Of a DNA stretch of 42,230 nucleotides, positions 7,763 to 17,227 are shown piece after piece (position 1 is the first letter of the stretch; each line of letters opens with the position of its first letter). The stretch lies in IMG/VR virus record IMGVR_UViG_3300029823_000004, positions 1 to 42,230 of that record; one strand, 5' to 3'. Source of the DNA: a virus (Duplodnaviria; Caudoviricetes). Both the position numbers and the translations under genes were made by a program. The notes below the pieces were generated by a model. The model was not told where the DNA came from, ran no database searches, and was given only the letters and a program-made list of their open reading frames with translations.

Positions 7763-10700
7763 CTATGACATTTGATATGCAAGTCTTTGTAATGTAGTTT
7801 CCATAGTCGTTCTTTGCTGGCTTGGTGTCTGTGCTACAGGACTTGTTATGGCTACATTATTATTTACTATAGTTGTTTGTGAATCAGAAATTTGTCTAGC
7901 TGTTCCTGCATAAGTAGGAGCTGTCACACTCACCGAACCTGAAACTATGGCATCACTTGCGGCTTGTATTGCTTCATCCCTAGCAGTATTTATCTGGCTT
8001 GTTATGCTGCTTATCATATCCACAATACCTTCTATCTTACTCTTAAAACCCTCAAAGAGTTTTTCTCCCAAAGTTTTTCCGGCATTTTCATAATCAGAGG
8101 AATAGCTTTTTAATAACTCAACTATTTCTTCTTGATTATTCTCCATAACCATTTTTTCTGCCTTTGCTTCTAAATGTGCACTATCAAGCATTTTCTCATA
8201 AAAATCTTTTATGTCCTGTAATTGGTTCTCTAAATCCTGTTTTTTGGCATTGTAAATCTGGGTTAAATTATCCAGTTGATTCTGTTTTTCAACTTCTAAA
8301 GCCGCCTTCTGATCTTCTATTTCCTGTTCATGCAATCTTTTATTTCTATCCGTTATGGCTGTATCCAGCTGTTTTTGCAATTGCTCCTTGTTATACTCGT
8401 TATGTTCATATTCAATGCTTTCTTGTAAGCTGCCAATATTTTTTAATTCTGAAGCATCCGTTGCAGCTCTGTCTTCAGCTTCTGTTTGTGCTTCAAGTGC
8501 CTTTATTCTTGCATCATAAACATCATTTATAGTTTGTTCACTGGCATCTTTCCACTTATCTAAATTTTCCAGTTCAGTATTAAAAGCATCTTCCTCTTCC
8601 TGCTGTCGTTGAGTATACATTTCCTTAAGAGCATCTTTTACCTTACTTGTAAATTCATCTATACCATCACTGATTTCTTGTTTTGCTTCTGTTGTATTTT
8701 GCGATATAGTATATGTTAAATCACTTATATCTTTCTCTAACTCCAGTGCGGCATCAGAATTTTCACCAAATACCTTCACAAGTTCAGAGTATTCTTCTTT
8801 CATAAGTGTAAGCTTTTTCATGTTTTCATCATAAATATTATTCTGTTTATCTATTTCATCACTAAGACTTTTAGTATCCACGTCAAGTTTTGAAATTGCA
8901 TCATCAATACTATCTATTGTCTTCTGGTACTTGTTTGTTATAGTATCCTGTTGTAACTTTTTAGTATTATTTTCTATCTCTATATTTAAGCTTGCTATAT
9001 CCTTTTCTAACTGAACTGCTTCGTCAGAAGTATCACCCACAGCAGCTACAACTTCCTCATACTCCTGCTTCATCAAATCAAGTTTTTTGGTCTGTTCATC
9101 AATTGTATCCTGCTGCTTTTTCAATTCTTCGGTAACACTGTAGATATCTTTTCCTAACTTAATCATTTCAAGCTCTATTTCGTTAAAGGCATCTTTATAT
9201 TTATCTTCTATTTCCTTAACAGGGTCATCTTCCTCATTTGTACTCCCCATACCGGAATCTTTCCACTTGGAGAATATATCATCAAAACTAGTATCTACTC
9301 CCGCAAGCTGTGCCCCTGCTGCACCTACAGTAGTTATGTTTTGCATTATATTACCTAAAGTGTTTTGCACATTTACAGCAGCAGTCTGTACTTCTGCCTG
9401 TACATTCTGCATAGCATTTCCTACTATTCCAGGTACTAAATCAGTCCAACTCTTAACTCCAGTAGTAAGTCTCTCCCCAAGCGTAAGACCACTATCTTCA
9501 TAAAGATTACCATACTGATTAAGTAAGCTTATAATTTCATCCTGACTTTTAGAGGTTATTAACTGCTCTGCCTGTGCTGCTATTGCATCTTTATCCAGTT
9601 TTTGTTCATAGTAATTATTTACATATTCTAACAAGTCACTTAACTGGTCTTTAGTAAGTTTTTCTTCTTCGGCTTTTAGTTTTGCACTTTCTGTGGCAGC
9701 TTCTTTTTCTGCATTTAATTTTCTTTCTATTGCCTTTTCCAATACCTCATTTAACTTATCTATATAGGTTACCGCCTGTTTTTTAGCATCTAATTCATCC
9801 TGTATCTGTTCCTTAGACATTTTACCTATTTTTTGTATTTGTTCTATTTCCTTATCTGCCTGTTCTTTTCTAAGGGCTATTTCATCCTTTATAGCTTTTT
9901 TCTTAGCTTCATATTCATCCTGGATAGAATAACGTGCAGCACCCTTTACGCCTCTTAAAGAAACATCTTCCTGTTGACCTAAATTATAGAGTTGATTATT
10001 TAAATCTTTTGTATCATTTGCCAGGGTATCCTTAATACTTTTTATTTTTGCAGATACTAAATCGGCTACCTTTTTCGCTGCTTCTTCTGGTTTATCTGCA
10101 TTTTGTGTCATAGTGTCTGCTAAAAGCTGCATAAAATCAGAACCGTAAGTATCTGCATCTGAAAGTGGGCCAACATCTGGAACCGTAAAATGGAGATAGC
10201 TTCTTATGGTATCAGCAACATCTTTTGCCGCGTCTGCCACTCCTCCAATCATTCCTTTGATCCCATTTATTATTCCTCGTATCATATCTTTACCCCACTG
10301 TATTGCTTCATTTCCCAGTGACTTTATGCCATTTCCTAGTGCATTTATTATTTGGGGTGCATACGAAACAAGTTGAGGCAGCGCTTGAGCTAACCCCTTT
10401 ACTATAGCAACTATAATTTGTATAGCAGCACTAATTATTTGAGGTAAATTTTGTATAAGTGCTTGCGCTAGCATAAGAATAATCTGTACAGCAGCTGCAA
10501 TAATTTGAGGTAAATTTTGTATAAGTGCTTGTGCTAGCATAAGAATAATCTGTACAGCAGCTGCAATAATTTGAGGTAAATTTTGAATTATACCCTGCAC
10601 TAACGCCATTATTATTTGCAACGCAGAACTGATAATTTGTGGTAGATTTTGTATTATTGCAGATGCTAAAGCTAATATAATAGCCAATCCTGCCTCTATC

Positions 10701-12952
10701 AAACTTGGTAATGCAGTTGATATCGCAGTTACCAATGTGGTTATTATTTGAGTTGCAGTATCTATAATTTGAGGTAAATTGTTTACTATAGCTTCTACTA
10801 TTTTAATTATTAACTGGGTACCTATAGTAATTACCTGATTCATATTATTTAATATTCCAGTTATAAATGTAGTTATTATTTGCAAACCCGTATTTATTAA
10901 CTGTGGTAAATTATTAACTATAGCTGTAATTATAGATGTTATAATCTGTCCCCCTACCGTTAATATTTGCGGTAAGTATGTTGTTATAGAAGTTACTATA
11001 TTAGTTACTATTTGTGCCCCCATTGTTGTTAATTCAGGTAAGTTTGTCGTAATTGCTGTAATTATTGTATTTAATATTTCAGAACCTACATCCATTATTT
11101 GCGGTAAATTAGTTGTTATAGCTGTTACAAAAGTTGATACAAACCCTGATATAGTGGCAACTGCTTTAGATATCAATGCTGGAAGATTAGCAACAAATTT
11201 ACTTATAGTCGTCTTTAGTGTATTCCAATGAGTTGCAGATTGATAAACTATTAATCCTATGGCTGCAATAGCAGCTATAGCGATACCTATAGGACTTGTT
11301 ATTGCAGTAAATGCAGCCATAACACCCCTAATCACCAAAGCTAGACCTCTAATAGCCGGCGTAGCCGCCGCAGCTCCTGCTGTAACTACACCAATTGCTC
11401 CAGCAATAGTACCTATAGTTGTAACTAATCCTCCTATAATTAAAAGCAAAGGCCCTATGGCTGCAACTATTCCAGCAATAACTAAAATAATCTTTTGGGC
11501 AGTCGGAGATAAATTGCTAAAGGCTGTTGCCAAATTTCCTATCTTGTTTGCAATGCTCGTTATAATAGGTGCTAAAGTTTCTTGAATTTTTATCGCCGCT
11601 GTCTCTAACGCTCCAAACATCTGCTCAATAGATTTACTGGTTTCTCCCATTTGGCTTTTTGCCAATCTGGATGCAGCAGTCTGATCATTTGTAGCTTTTG
11701 TATATTTTTGTAGACCACTGGCTCCTTCATTCATTAAAATACTAGCTGCACGAGTTGCATCACTTCCAAAGATTGTATTCATGGCAGCTTGCTTCTGTAC
11801 ATCAGAAAGTCCGCTCATTTTACTTTGCAACTCTTGAGCGATACCAGAAGCATCTTTCATATGCCCGTTAGAATCCCAAACATTTATACCAAGCCCTTCC
11901 ATTGCTGCCGCCGCTGTATCCGTAGGAGCACCTAACCTTTGAAGCATGGTTTTCAGAGAAGTACCTGCATCACTTCCAACCACTCCCGCATCCGCAAATT
12001 CTCCTAAAACTGCGGTTGTGTCCTGAATACTCCAACCCACTAAATTAGCTTGTGCCGCACACTGTGCCAGACCTTCCGATAAAGGTTGAACGTCTGTACT
12101 GGAAGCTGCAGCAGCTCCGGCAAGAGCATTTACTGCTTGTGAGGACTGATTGGCAGATAAGCCAAAAGCACCCATTGCCTGGACGACAGTATTTGCAGCA
12201 GTACCTAAATCCATACTGGAAGCCGCAGCTAAGTCCATAGTAGCTTTTAAGGAACCACCTTTTATTTGTGCTTCTGTAAGTCCACCTTTGGCAAGTTCAG
12301 TAATCGCATTTCCCGCCTCTGTGGCGGAGAATTGAGTATCCTGTCCAGTTTTGAGTGCCAACTCTCTTAAGCTTGCCATCTGTGCCATAGGTTTATCAAG
12401 AGCACCTGCTGCCTGGCTCATGGAAGTTTCAAAGTCATTCCCAACTTTTACTGCGGCTGCCGCAGCCCCTACAAGTGGAACTGTAACACCCATTGTAACA
12501 CTTTTACCGGCACTACTTACACCACTGCCTATTTTATTTAATTTTTCTCCGGCCTCTGCTGCCTTAATACCAAAAGATTGTAATTCAGAACTGGATGTTT
12601 TTAATTGTTTTTCAAGACCATTCAACTTATTTTGTGTAGTTTCAATTTCCCTCTGAAAAGCCCTGTATTTGTCTTCGCCTATTTTCCCATTTGCAAACTG
12701 CTGCTGAACTTGCTGTTGTACTGATTTCAGAGAATCAAGTTTCTGTTTAGTTGTTTCGATTGATTCACTTAAAAGCTTTTGTTTCTGGGCAAGCAATGTA
12801 GTATTGGAGGGGTCAAATTTTAAAGCCCTGTTAACCTGGTTTAATTCACTTTGTAAATTTCTGGTGGTTTTATTCACTCCCTGCAAGGCTTTTTCCAGTG
12901 GGCCTGTATTACCACCTATTTCTACGGTTATACCTTTTATATTACTAGCCAC
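7763..12952 (-). CDS. Tail tape measure protein (TP901-type core)
   Basis: 1729 aa; IKGITVEIGG start; TQFSATEAGNA and AGTSLKTML core; 11/22-aa hydrophobic repeats; long coiled-coil C-terminal half. Confidence 0.95.
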   Translation of the reverse strand: MASNIKGITVEIGGNTGPLEKALQGVNKTTRNLQSELNQVNRALKFDPSNTTLLAQKQKLLSESIETTKQKLDSLKSVQQQVQQQFANGKIGEDKYRAFQREIETTQNKLNGLEKQLKTSSSELQSFGIKAAEAGEKLNKIGSGVSSAGKSVTMGVTVPLVGAAAAAVKVGNDFETSMSQAAGALDKPMAQMASLRELALKTGQDTQFSATEAGNAITELAKGGLTEAQIKGGSLKATMDLAAASSMDLGTAANTVVQAMGAFGLSANQSSQAVNALAGAAAASSTDVQPLSEGLAQCAAQANLVGWSIQDTTAVLGEFADAGVVGSDAGTSLKTMLQRLGAPTDTAAAAMEGLGINVWDSNGHMKDASGIAQELQSKMSGLSDVQKQAAMNTIFGSDATRAASILMNEGASGLQKYTKATNDQTAASRLAKSQMGETSKSIEQMFGALETAAIKIQETLAPIITSIANKIGNLATAFSNLSPTAQKIILVIAGIVAAIGPLLLIIGGLVTTIGTIAGAIGVVTAGAAAATPAIRGLALVIRGVMAAFTAITSPIGIAIAAIAAIGLIVYQSATHWNTLKTTISKFVANLPALISKAVATISGFVSTFVTAITTNLPQIMDVGSEILNTIITAITTNLPELTTMGAQIVTNIVTSITTYLPQILTVGGQIITSIITAIVNNLPQLINTGLQIITTFITGILNNMNQVITIGTQLIIKIVEAIVNNLPQIIDTATQIITTLVTAISTALPSLIEAGLAIILALASAIIQNLPQIISSALQIIMALVQGIIQNLPQIIAAAVQIILMLAQALIQNLPQIIAAAVQIILMLAQALIQNLPQIISAAIQIIVAIVKGLAQALPQLVSYAPQIINALGNGIKSLGNEAIQWGKDMIRGIINGIKGMIGGVADAAKDVADTIRSYLHFTVPDVGPLSDADTYGSDFMQLLADTMTQNADKPEEAAKKVADLVSAKIKSIKDTLANDTKDLNNQLYNLGQQEDVSLRGVKGAARYSIQDEYEAKKKAIKDEIALRKEQADKEIEQIQKIGKMSKEQIQDELDAKKQAVTYIDKLNEVLEKAIERKLNAEKEAATESAKLKAEEEKLTKDQLSDLLEYVNNYYEQKLDKDAIAAQAEQLITSKSQDEIISLLNQYGNLYEDSGLTLGERLTTGVKSWTDLVPGIVGNAMQNVQAEVQTAAVNVQNTLGNIMQNITTVGAAGAQLAGVDTSFDDIFSKWKDSGMGSTNEEDDPVKEIEDKYKDAFNEIELEMIKLGKDIYSVTEELKKQQDTIDEQTKKLDLMKQEYEEVVAAVGDTSDEAVQLEKDIASLNIEIENNTKKLQQDTITNKYQKTIDSIDDAISKLDVDTKSLSDEIDKQNNIYDENMKKLTLMKEEYSELVKVFGENSDAALELEKDISDLTYTISQNTTEAKQEISDGIDEFTSKVKDALKEMYTQRQQEEEDAFNTELENLDKWKDASEQTINDVYDARIKALEAQTEAEDRAATDASELKNIGSLQESIEYEHNEYNKEQLQKQLDTAITDRNKRLHEQEIEDQKAALEVEKQNQLDNLTQIYNAKKQDLENQLQDIKDFYEKMLDSAHLEAKAEKMVMENNQEEIVELLKSYSSDYENAGKTLGEKLFEGFKSKIEGIVDMISSITSQINTARDEAIQAASDAIVSGSVSVTAPTYAGTARQISDSQTTIVNNNVAITSPVAQTPSQQRTTMETTLQRLAYQMS
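10441..10585. repeat. Near-perfect 66-bp tandem repeat within TMP
   Basis: GAGGTAAATTTTG recurs at 10441, 10507 and 10573; encodes QNLPQIIAAAVQIILMLAQALI twice. Confidence 0.9.
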
Positions 12953-12992
12953 CTAATCCCTCCTTTCTCTAAAAATAAAAAAAGAAAGAATA

Positions 12993-13205
12993 TTAATCCC
13001 CTCTCATTTTCTTTCTTAGTGATTTTCTATCTGGCTTGGTTTGCTCCATGCGCCAACAATTTTCCAGATATTCCTGTCCCTTTTCACTTTTCATACAATT
13101 ATAAATAACGGCATCTCTTAAATACAACCAATATTCAATTACATCCAAATTTTCTATTTCTCCAAAACTGTAGCCCGTATATTCGGATACAATCTTTTCT
13201 TCCAT
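12993..13205 (-). CDS. Tail assembly chaperone, frameshift extension (gpT-like)
   Basis: Frame stays open upstream to the slippery site at 13265-13271 (KKLKIPYYPYDKADKGHYEVNT-MEEK...). Confidence 0.8.
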   Translation of the reverse strand: MEEKIVSEYTGYSFGEIENLDVIEYWLYLRDAVIYNCMKSEKGQEYLENCWRMEQTKPDRKSLRKKMRGD

Positions 13206-13224
13206 AGTATTTACTTCGTAATGT

Positions 13225-13271
13225 CCCTTATCTGCCTTATCATAAGGATAATAAGGGATTTTTAGTTTTTT
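13225..13271 (-). other. Programmed -1 ribosomal frameshift signal
   Basis: A-AAA-AAC heptamer immediately before TAA, with stem-loop CCCTTAT..CCTTA-TGA-TAAGG..ATAAGGG 7 nt downstream. Confidence 0.85.
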
Positions 13272-13564
13272 GAGTTCCTTTCCTTAGCAACCCAATTAAA
13301 AAAAGCCAGTAGTATTTCTTCTAACTGGTCAAAGTCTAATTCATCAATTATATCATCTCCAATTTTACTACCTGCTTTATTTTTATTTAATATTAACTTT
13401 ACCGCCCCTGCCAAATCATCCATTAGTTTTTCTTTTTTCGCATTAGGGCCAACCAGAGAAGTAATCTTTTTAAGCACTTTTATCTTAGGTGGCTCAACGT
13501 CAATTACTACGTCTCCTATTTTAACAGTAAAATACCTTCTTTTAATACTACTTACATCAAACAT
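13262..13564 (-). CDS. Tail assembly chaperone (gpG-like)
   Basis: Between major tail and TMP genes; ends in the slippery sequence. Confidence 0.85.
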   Translation of the reverse strand: MFDVSSIKRRYFTVKIGDVVIDVEPPKIKVLKKITSLVGPNAKKEKLMDDLAGAVKLILNKNKAGSKIGDDIIDELDFDQLEEILLAFFNWVAKERNSKN

Positions 13565-13575
13565 TTATATTCCTC

Positions 13576-14394
13576 CTATGCTTTCGCTGTTACTGTTGCC
13601 TTGCCGGCTTTGACAGCTTTAAATGTACTATCTACTTCCACTATTAAAATCTCATTTCCTGTAGTGGCTGTTATATCATCAGTTCCATTCCAAGCAGTAT
13701 ACCCTGTTGAAGTATTACAAACATCCTCTAAATCTGGTATACTTACGGTGCTTGATGTCTTGTGCATATAACTGTTTCCACCTGTAAGGGTTGGGCTGAT
13801 AGTTATTTTAGTTGTACCTGTGGTTGTCCCTGCTATAGAAGTAATAGTCAAAGTTCCGATAGTTCCAGGAATATCTTCCTCATAGATTATTTGTGTACCT
13901 TCGTTGTCCAGTGGGGAAGCAGTAAATTCCGCATCTACTACAGTTTCCTTGTCTTTTGCAAATTTAATAGAAAAACCTGCCTGGTTATTTCCAACGATAG
14001 TAGTCCTGATATCTCCGTCAACATCATCCTTATGGACAAACCTAATAATATACTTTTTACCATCCTGGTTGCTAATTCCACCAATCTTAACAGTTCTTTT
14101 CCCGTCGGCTTCACTAACTCTAGCAGTTGAACACAGTTTAGAAAGAGTTTGACCATTCCACGTCATAATACCACTCTTTAAAGTCGTTTCCTCCTCTGTT
14201 ATAACTGTTTTACTTACAAGGCCTAAATCGTCCTTTGCATCATAAAACTTAGGCTTGTATTCCAGTTCGGCACCGCCTTGAATTAAACCAAGTAAATTTT
14301 CCTCGGTTTCAAGTACTGCGTTTTCCGGAATAGTACCCGTAAATTCAATTACATATACCTTACCACTACCCAATACAATTCTTTCATTATCCAC
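13576..14394 (-). CDS. Major tail tube protein with C-terminal Ig-like extension
   Basis: Position; RIVLGSGKVY..LLGLIQGGAELEYKP; Thr-rich ~95-aa C-terminal beta domain. Confidence 0.85.
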   Translation of the reverse strand: MDNERIVLGSGKVYVIEFTGTIPENAVLETEENLLGLIQGGAELEYKPKFYDAKDDLGLVSKTVITEEETTLKSGIMTWNGQTLSKLCSTARVSEADGKRTVKIGGISNQDGKKYIIRFVHKDDVDGDIRTTIVGNNQAGFSIKFAKDKETVVDAEFTASPLDNEGTQIIYEEDIPGTIGTLTITSIAGTTTGTTKITISPTLTGGNSYMHKTSSTVSIPDLEDVCNTSTGYTAWNGTDDITATTGNEILIVEVDSTFKAVKAGKATVTAKA

Positions 14395-14406
14395 CTTAGA
14401 CCCTCC

Positions 14407-14721
14407 TTAAATTTTTTCTACCAATTCAAAATCGTACATGGTTTCAAAGAATTTTTCCCCATCAATCCATGTACGATCTTTTTTATAGGCTATTGCTTTT
14501 TCATTTAATAAATTTTCTATCTTTTGTTCAGCTGCTTTATCTATCCTGCTTGAGTATAATTCTATTCCTATTGTTCTACTTACCACACAATTCTTGTTAT
14601 CAGCTCCCCCAGAATCCAGATTTTCAAGAAACACGATATATGGAAGTGGAGGAGGCTTTAAAAAACAATTTTCTGCTACTTTCATTCCTGTAGTCCCAAG
14701 CCATGTTTTAACCTCCAGCAT
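14407..14721 (-). CDS. Tail terminator-like protein
   Basis: PPPLPYIVF motif; likely start MLEVKTW at 14721, overlapping the upstream gene end. Confidence 0.75.
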   Translation of the reverse strand: MLEVKTWLGTTGMKVAENCFLKPPPLPYIVFLENLDSGGADNKNCVVSRTIGIELYSSRIDKAAEQKIENLLNEKAIAYKKDRTWIDGEKFFETMYDFELVEKI

Positions 14722-15097
14722 TTTCAATCGCCTCTCTCGCAAGTTCTTCCATACGTCTTTTAGCAAGTTCTTCACCGTATTTTATGTGAGGGTATGCTCT
14801 CGCCCTGCCCCCTTGATGGAGTGCATGACCTTTCTCAAGAAGATGTGTTAATCTATATTGTCCATTTGCAACATACCACGTGTTTCTTTTATTATATCTA
14901 TCTTCATAAGATGTTTTTATCCTGAATGCCTTAACATATTTCCCTGTAGGTTGTTTAAACGTAACGTGGTTTTTTATTTCTTCATTGGCTTCTTTAGATA
15001 CCTTATCCACAGCTTTCTTTACATTATCCGTAACCTCTTGGGTGTAGTTACTCAAGTATTCAGCTATTAAATCTGCCATTTCATCAACACTGCTCAT
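14708..15097 (-). CDS. HK97 gp10-like tail completion protein
   Basis: YRLTHLLEKGHA..GGRARAYPHI motif. Confidence 0.85.
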   Translation of the reverse strand: MSSVDEMADLIAEYLSNYTQEVTDNVKKAVDKVSKEANEEIKNHVTFKQPTGKYVKAFRIKTSYEDRYNKRNTWYVANGQYRLTHLLEKGHALHQGGRARAYPHIKYGEELAKRRMEELAREAIENAGG

Positions 15098-15438
15098 GTT
15101 ACCACCCCAAACATTTCAAGTTGCCTTAATGTTAAATCCACAGAAGGCGGGTTAGTATCAAAAATGTTCTGTACAAGTTCAACATCATATTTACCAATAT
15201 CTTTAACTTCCACAGTATCATGGGTATCAATATTTCTAAGCTGTGGAATACGGATAACTGCATTAGCTTTAACCTGTACTGCCTGTGCTGCAAAGGCGCG
15301 ATTATATCCCAAGACACGATTAGTAAAACCCAAACTCTTGTATTTATATGTTTTAGTACCTTCCTCGTCTTCACTGTATATGTCGCATACCCCATCAGAA
15401 AAAGAAACAAATTCTATATTATCCATCTTGATTTTCAT
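15094..15438 (-). CDS. Head closure/head-tail adaptor
   Basis: Position after connector; VIRIPQ..IDTHDTVEV...YDVELVQ pattern. Confidence 0.75.
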   Translation of the reverse strand: MKIKMDNIEFVSFSDGVCDIYSEDEEGTKTYKYKSLGFTNRVLGYNRAFAAQAVQVKANAVIRIPQLRNIDTHDTVEVKDIGKYDVELVQNIFDTNPPSVDLTLRQLEMFGVVT

Positions 15439-15444
15439 ATAGTA

Positions 15445-16017
15445 TCACCCCACAACTACCGTCGTTTTCCCTGCTCTGATTGCTTTCAGATTTTCATCTA
15501 CTTCGATAACCACAATATCATTGCCCACTGTAGCAAAGATTTCATCAATACCATTCCATTTAATATAGCCATTTACAATATCACAAATATCAAAATAACC
15601 CGGTAAAGAAAGTCCTGTACCAAGCTTATATACATAACTATCACCTTCATCTGACTGTGGAGATACTAACATTTTAGTATACCCTGTAGAAGTGCCCACT
15701 GTAGATATAACTACTAATCTTTGAGGTGTTTCAAATTGGTATTGAAAACTTAAATCTAATAATTCACTTGCAAAGTTCTTTTCAAACATCTCAAGTGCCT
15801 GACTATTTGCGTACCTGCAATAATCCAGAAGTAACATTTTAGGCTGCTCCTCTGCTGTGAAATCCAAAGAAGGCACACCTGCTATATCTGTAAGGCGTGC
15901 CATTCCCCTATTTATAAATCCTTTTAGGTTATTATCTGTATTTTCATCCTCCCAAGTTATATGGAGATATGATTTAACTTCTGGTAGTAATTGTTCCATT
16001 ACAGCTGTATCGGCCAT
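15445..16017 (-). CDS. Head-tail connector (gp6/gp15-like) with C-terminal Ig-like extension
   Basis: LLPEVKSYLHITWEDENTD..LLLDYCRY connector motif plus a ~95-aa domain homologous to the major tail C-terminus. Confidence 0.85.
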   Translation of the reverse strand: MADTAVMEQLLPEVKSYLHITWEDENTDNNLKGFINRGMARLTDIAGVPSLDFTAEEQPKMLLLDYCRYANSQALEMFEKNFASELLDLSFQYQFETPQRLVVISTVGTSTGYTKMLVSPQSDEGDSYVYKLGTGLSLPGYFDICDIVNGYIKWNGIDEIFATVGNDIVVIEVDENLKAIRAGKTTVVVG

Positions 16018-16030
16018 TTAAACCACCCCA

Positions 16031-17227
16031 TTAAGCCTGCTCTTTAGTCTTAACAACGTTAGTTACCTGTACTTCAAAGTCTGCTGGAATAACACCGCTT
16101 ATATCCAGAAGAATAAACGCGTTATCATCAAGTGCCCTGCCATTACCATACATTCTTACGGTATACACTCTTTCATCATCAAGGAATTTGAACTCATCAG
16201 AGTACTCAATTTTACCGCCTCTGTCTCCAGCTCCTATCCCCATAAAATACCTGTTTGCAATTCCAATAACAGCTTCACCTATATCTACAGCCGGTGATTG
16301 AATAACCGTAGTTGGAAATGGAAAAATATCAGTCGCATATGTTCCGTTAGTTGTTCTCAATGTTGTTGCAGGAAATATTTTAGTAAAATAATCAGATGGG
16401 TTTACGACCAAAAGCACATTTTGCACAGGTCTTCTCTTTCCATTAGGAGCTTGAGAGAGCTTATCCAGTATTGTTCCATAAGATATAGGATCAAACGCAG
16501 TTATTGCCATAGCTGTTTTCTTTGGATATACCCCACCAGTTACGGTTACATCATCTGCAACAGATTTATTCATACCTATAGGTTCTTTGTTACCAGTGCC
16601 ATTTACAATAGCAGTTTCCAAAGCAAGTGCTAAAGCCTCACTTAATGTCCCCCTTACATATGCATCCACCCAGGTTGGCCCTACATTAAGCATATCTTTG
16701 CTTATAGGCATATAGGCAGTTAACTTACAGATAGTTAAATCTATTTTTCCTATTGCCCCCTGAAGTTCTTTAGTAATTGCATCATTTAAATCTCCCCATG
16801 CGGCCAATTGAGATCCTTGTTTATTTACAATCATTTTAGTGAGTATGGTTGTATTGGTAAAAGTTATCGCATCCAATAACGGATGTGCTGTAGCAATGTC
16901 AGCAAGTACATTATCGATTATAGTTTCTGGAAAGGCTATGTCTATATCAGTTACTGCCTGCATTGGGTTAGGAGACTTTAGCGCCTGTATAAGTTTCTGA
17001 TAGTATTGCTCCTCCTGGGAGGTTAACTGGTGCATACCTCTTTTAGCTAAAATAGAATTATCCTGCGTCCTCTGGTACATGTTGTGTTCTTCAAGTACAT
17101 TCTGCTGTACAGATTCGGCAAAATCGGTAAACGCCTGTGTTATTGCGTCCGGGTCTTCACTCTTAAACGCTGCCACCAGATTTTGTTTTAATTCCTGCTG
17201 TATTAAATCTTTACTTTTCATTGTCAT
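16031..17227 (-). CDS. Major capsid protein (HK97 fold)
   Basis: PETIIDNV..HPLL, AIVNGTGNKEPIGM and YGNGRALDDNAF; follows the protease. Confidence 0.93.
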   Translation of the reverse strand: MTMKSKDLIQQELKQNLVAAFKSEDPDAITQAFTDFAESVQQNVLEEHNMYQRTQDNSILAKRGMHQLTSQEEQYYQKLIQALKSPNPMQAVTDIDIAFPETIIDNVLADIATAHPLLDAITFTNTTILTKMIVNKQGSQLAAWGDLNDAITKELQGAIGKIDLTICKLTAYMPISKDMLNVGPTWVDAYVRGTLSEALALALETAIVNGTGNKEPIGMNKSVADDVTVTGGVYPKKTAMAITAFDPISYGTILDKLSQAPNGKRRPVQNVLLVVNPSDYFTKIFPATTLRTTNGTYATDIFPFPTTVIQSPAVDIGEAVIGIANRYFMGIGAGDRGGKIEYSDEFKFLDDERVYTVRMYGNGRALDDNAFILLDISGVIPADFEVQVTNVVKTKEQA

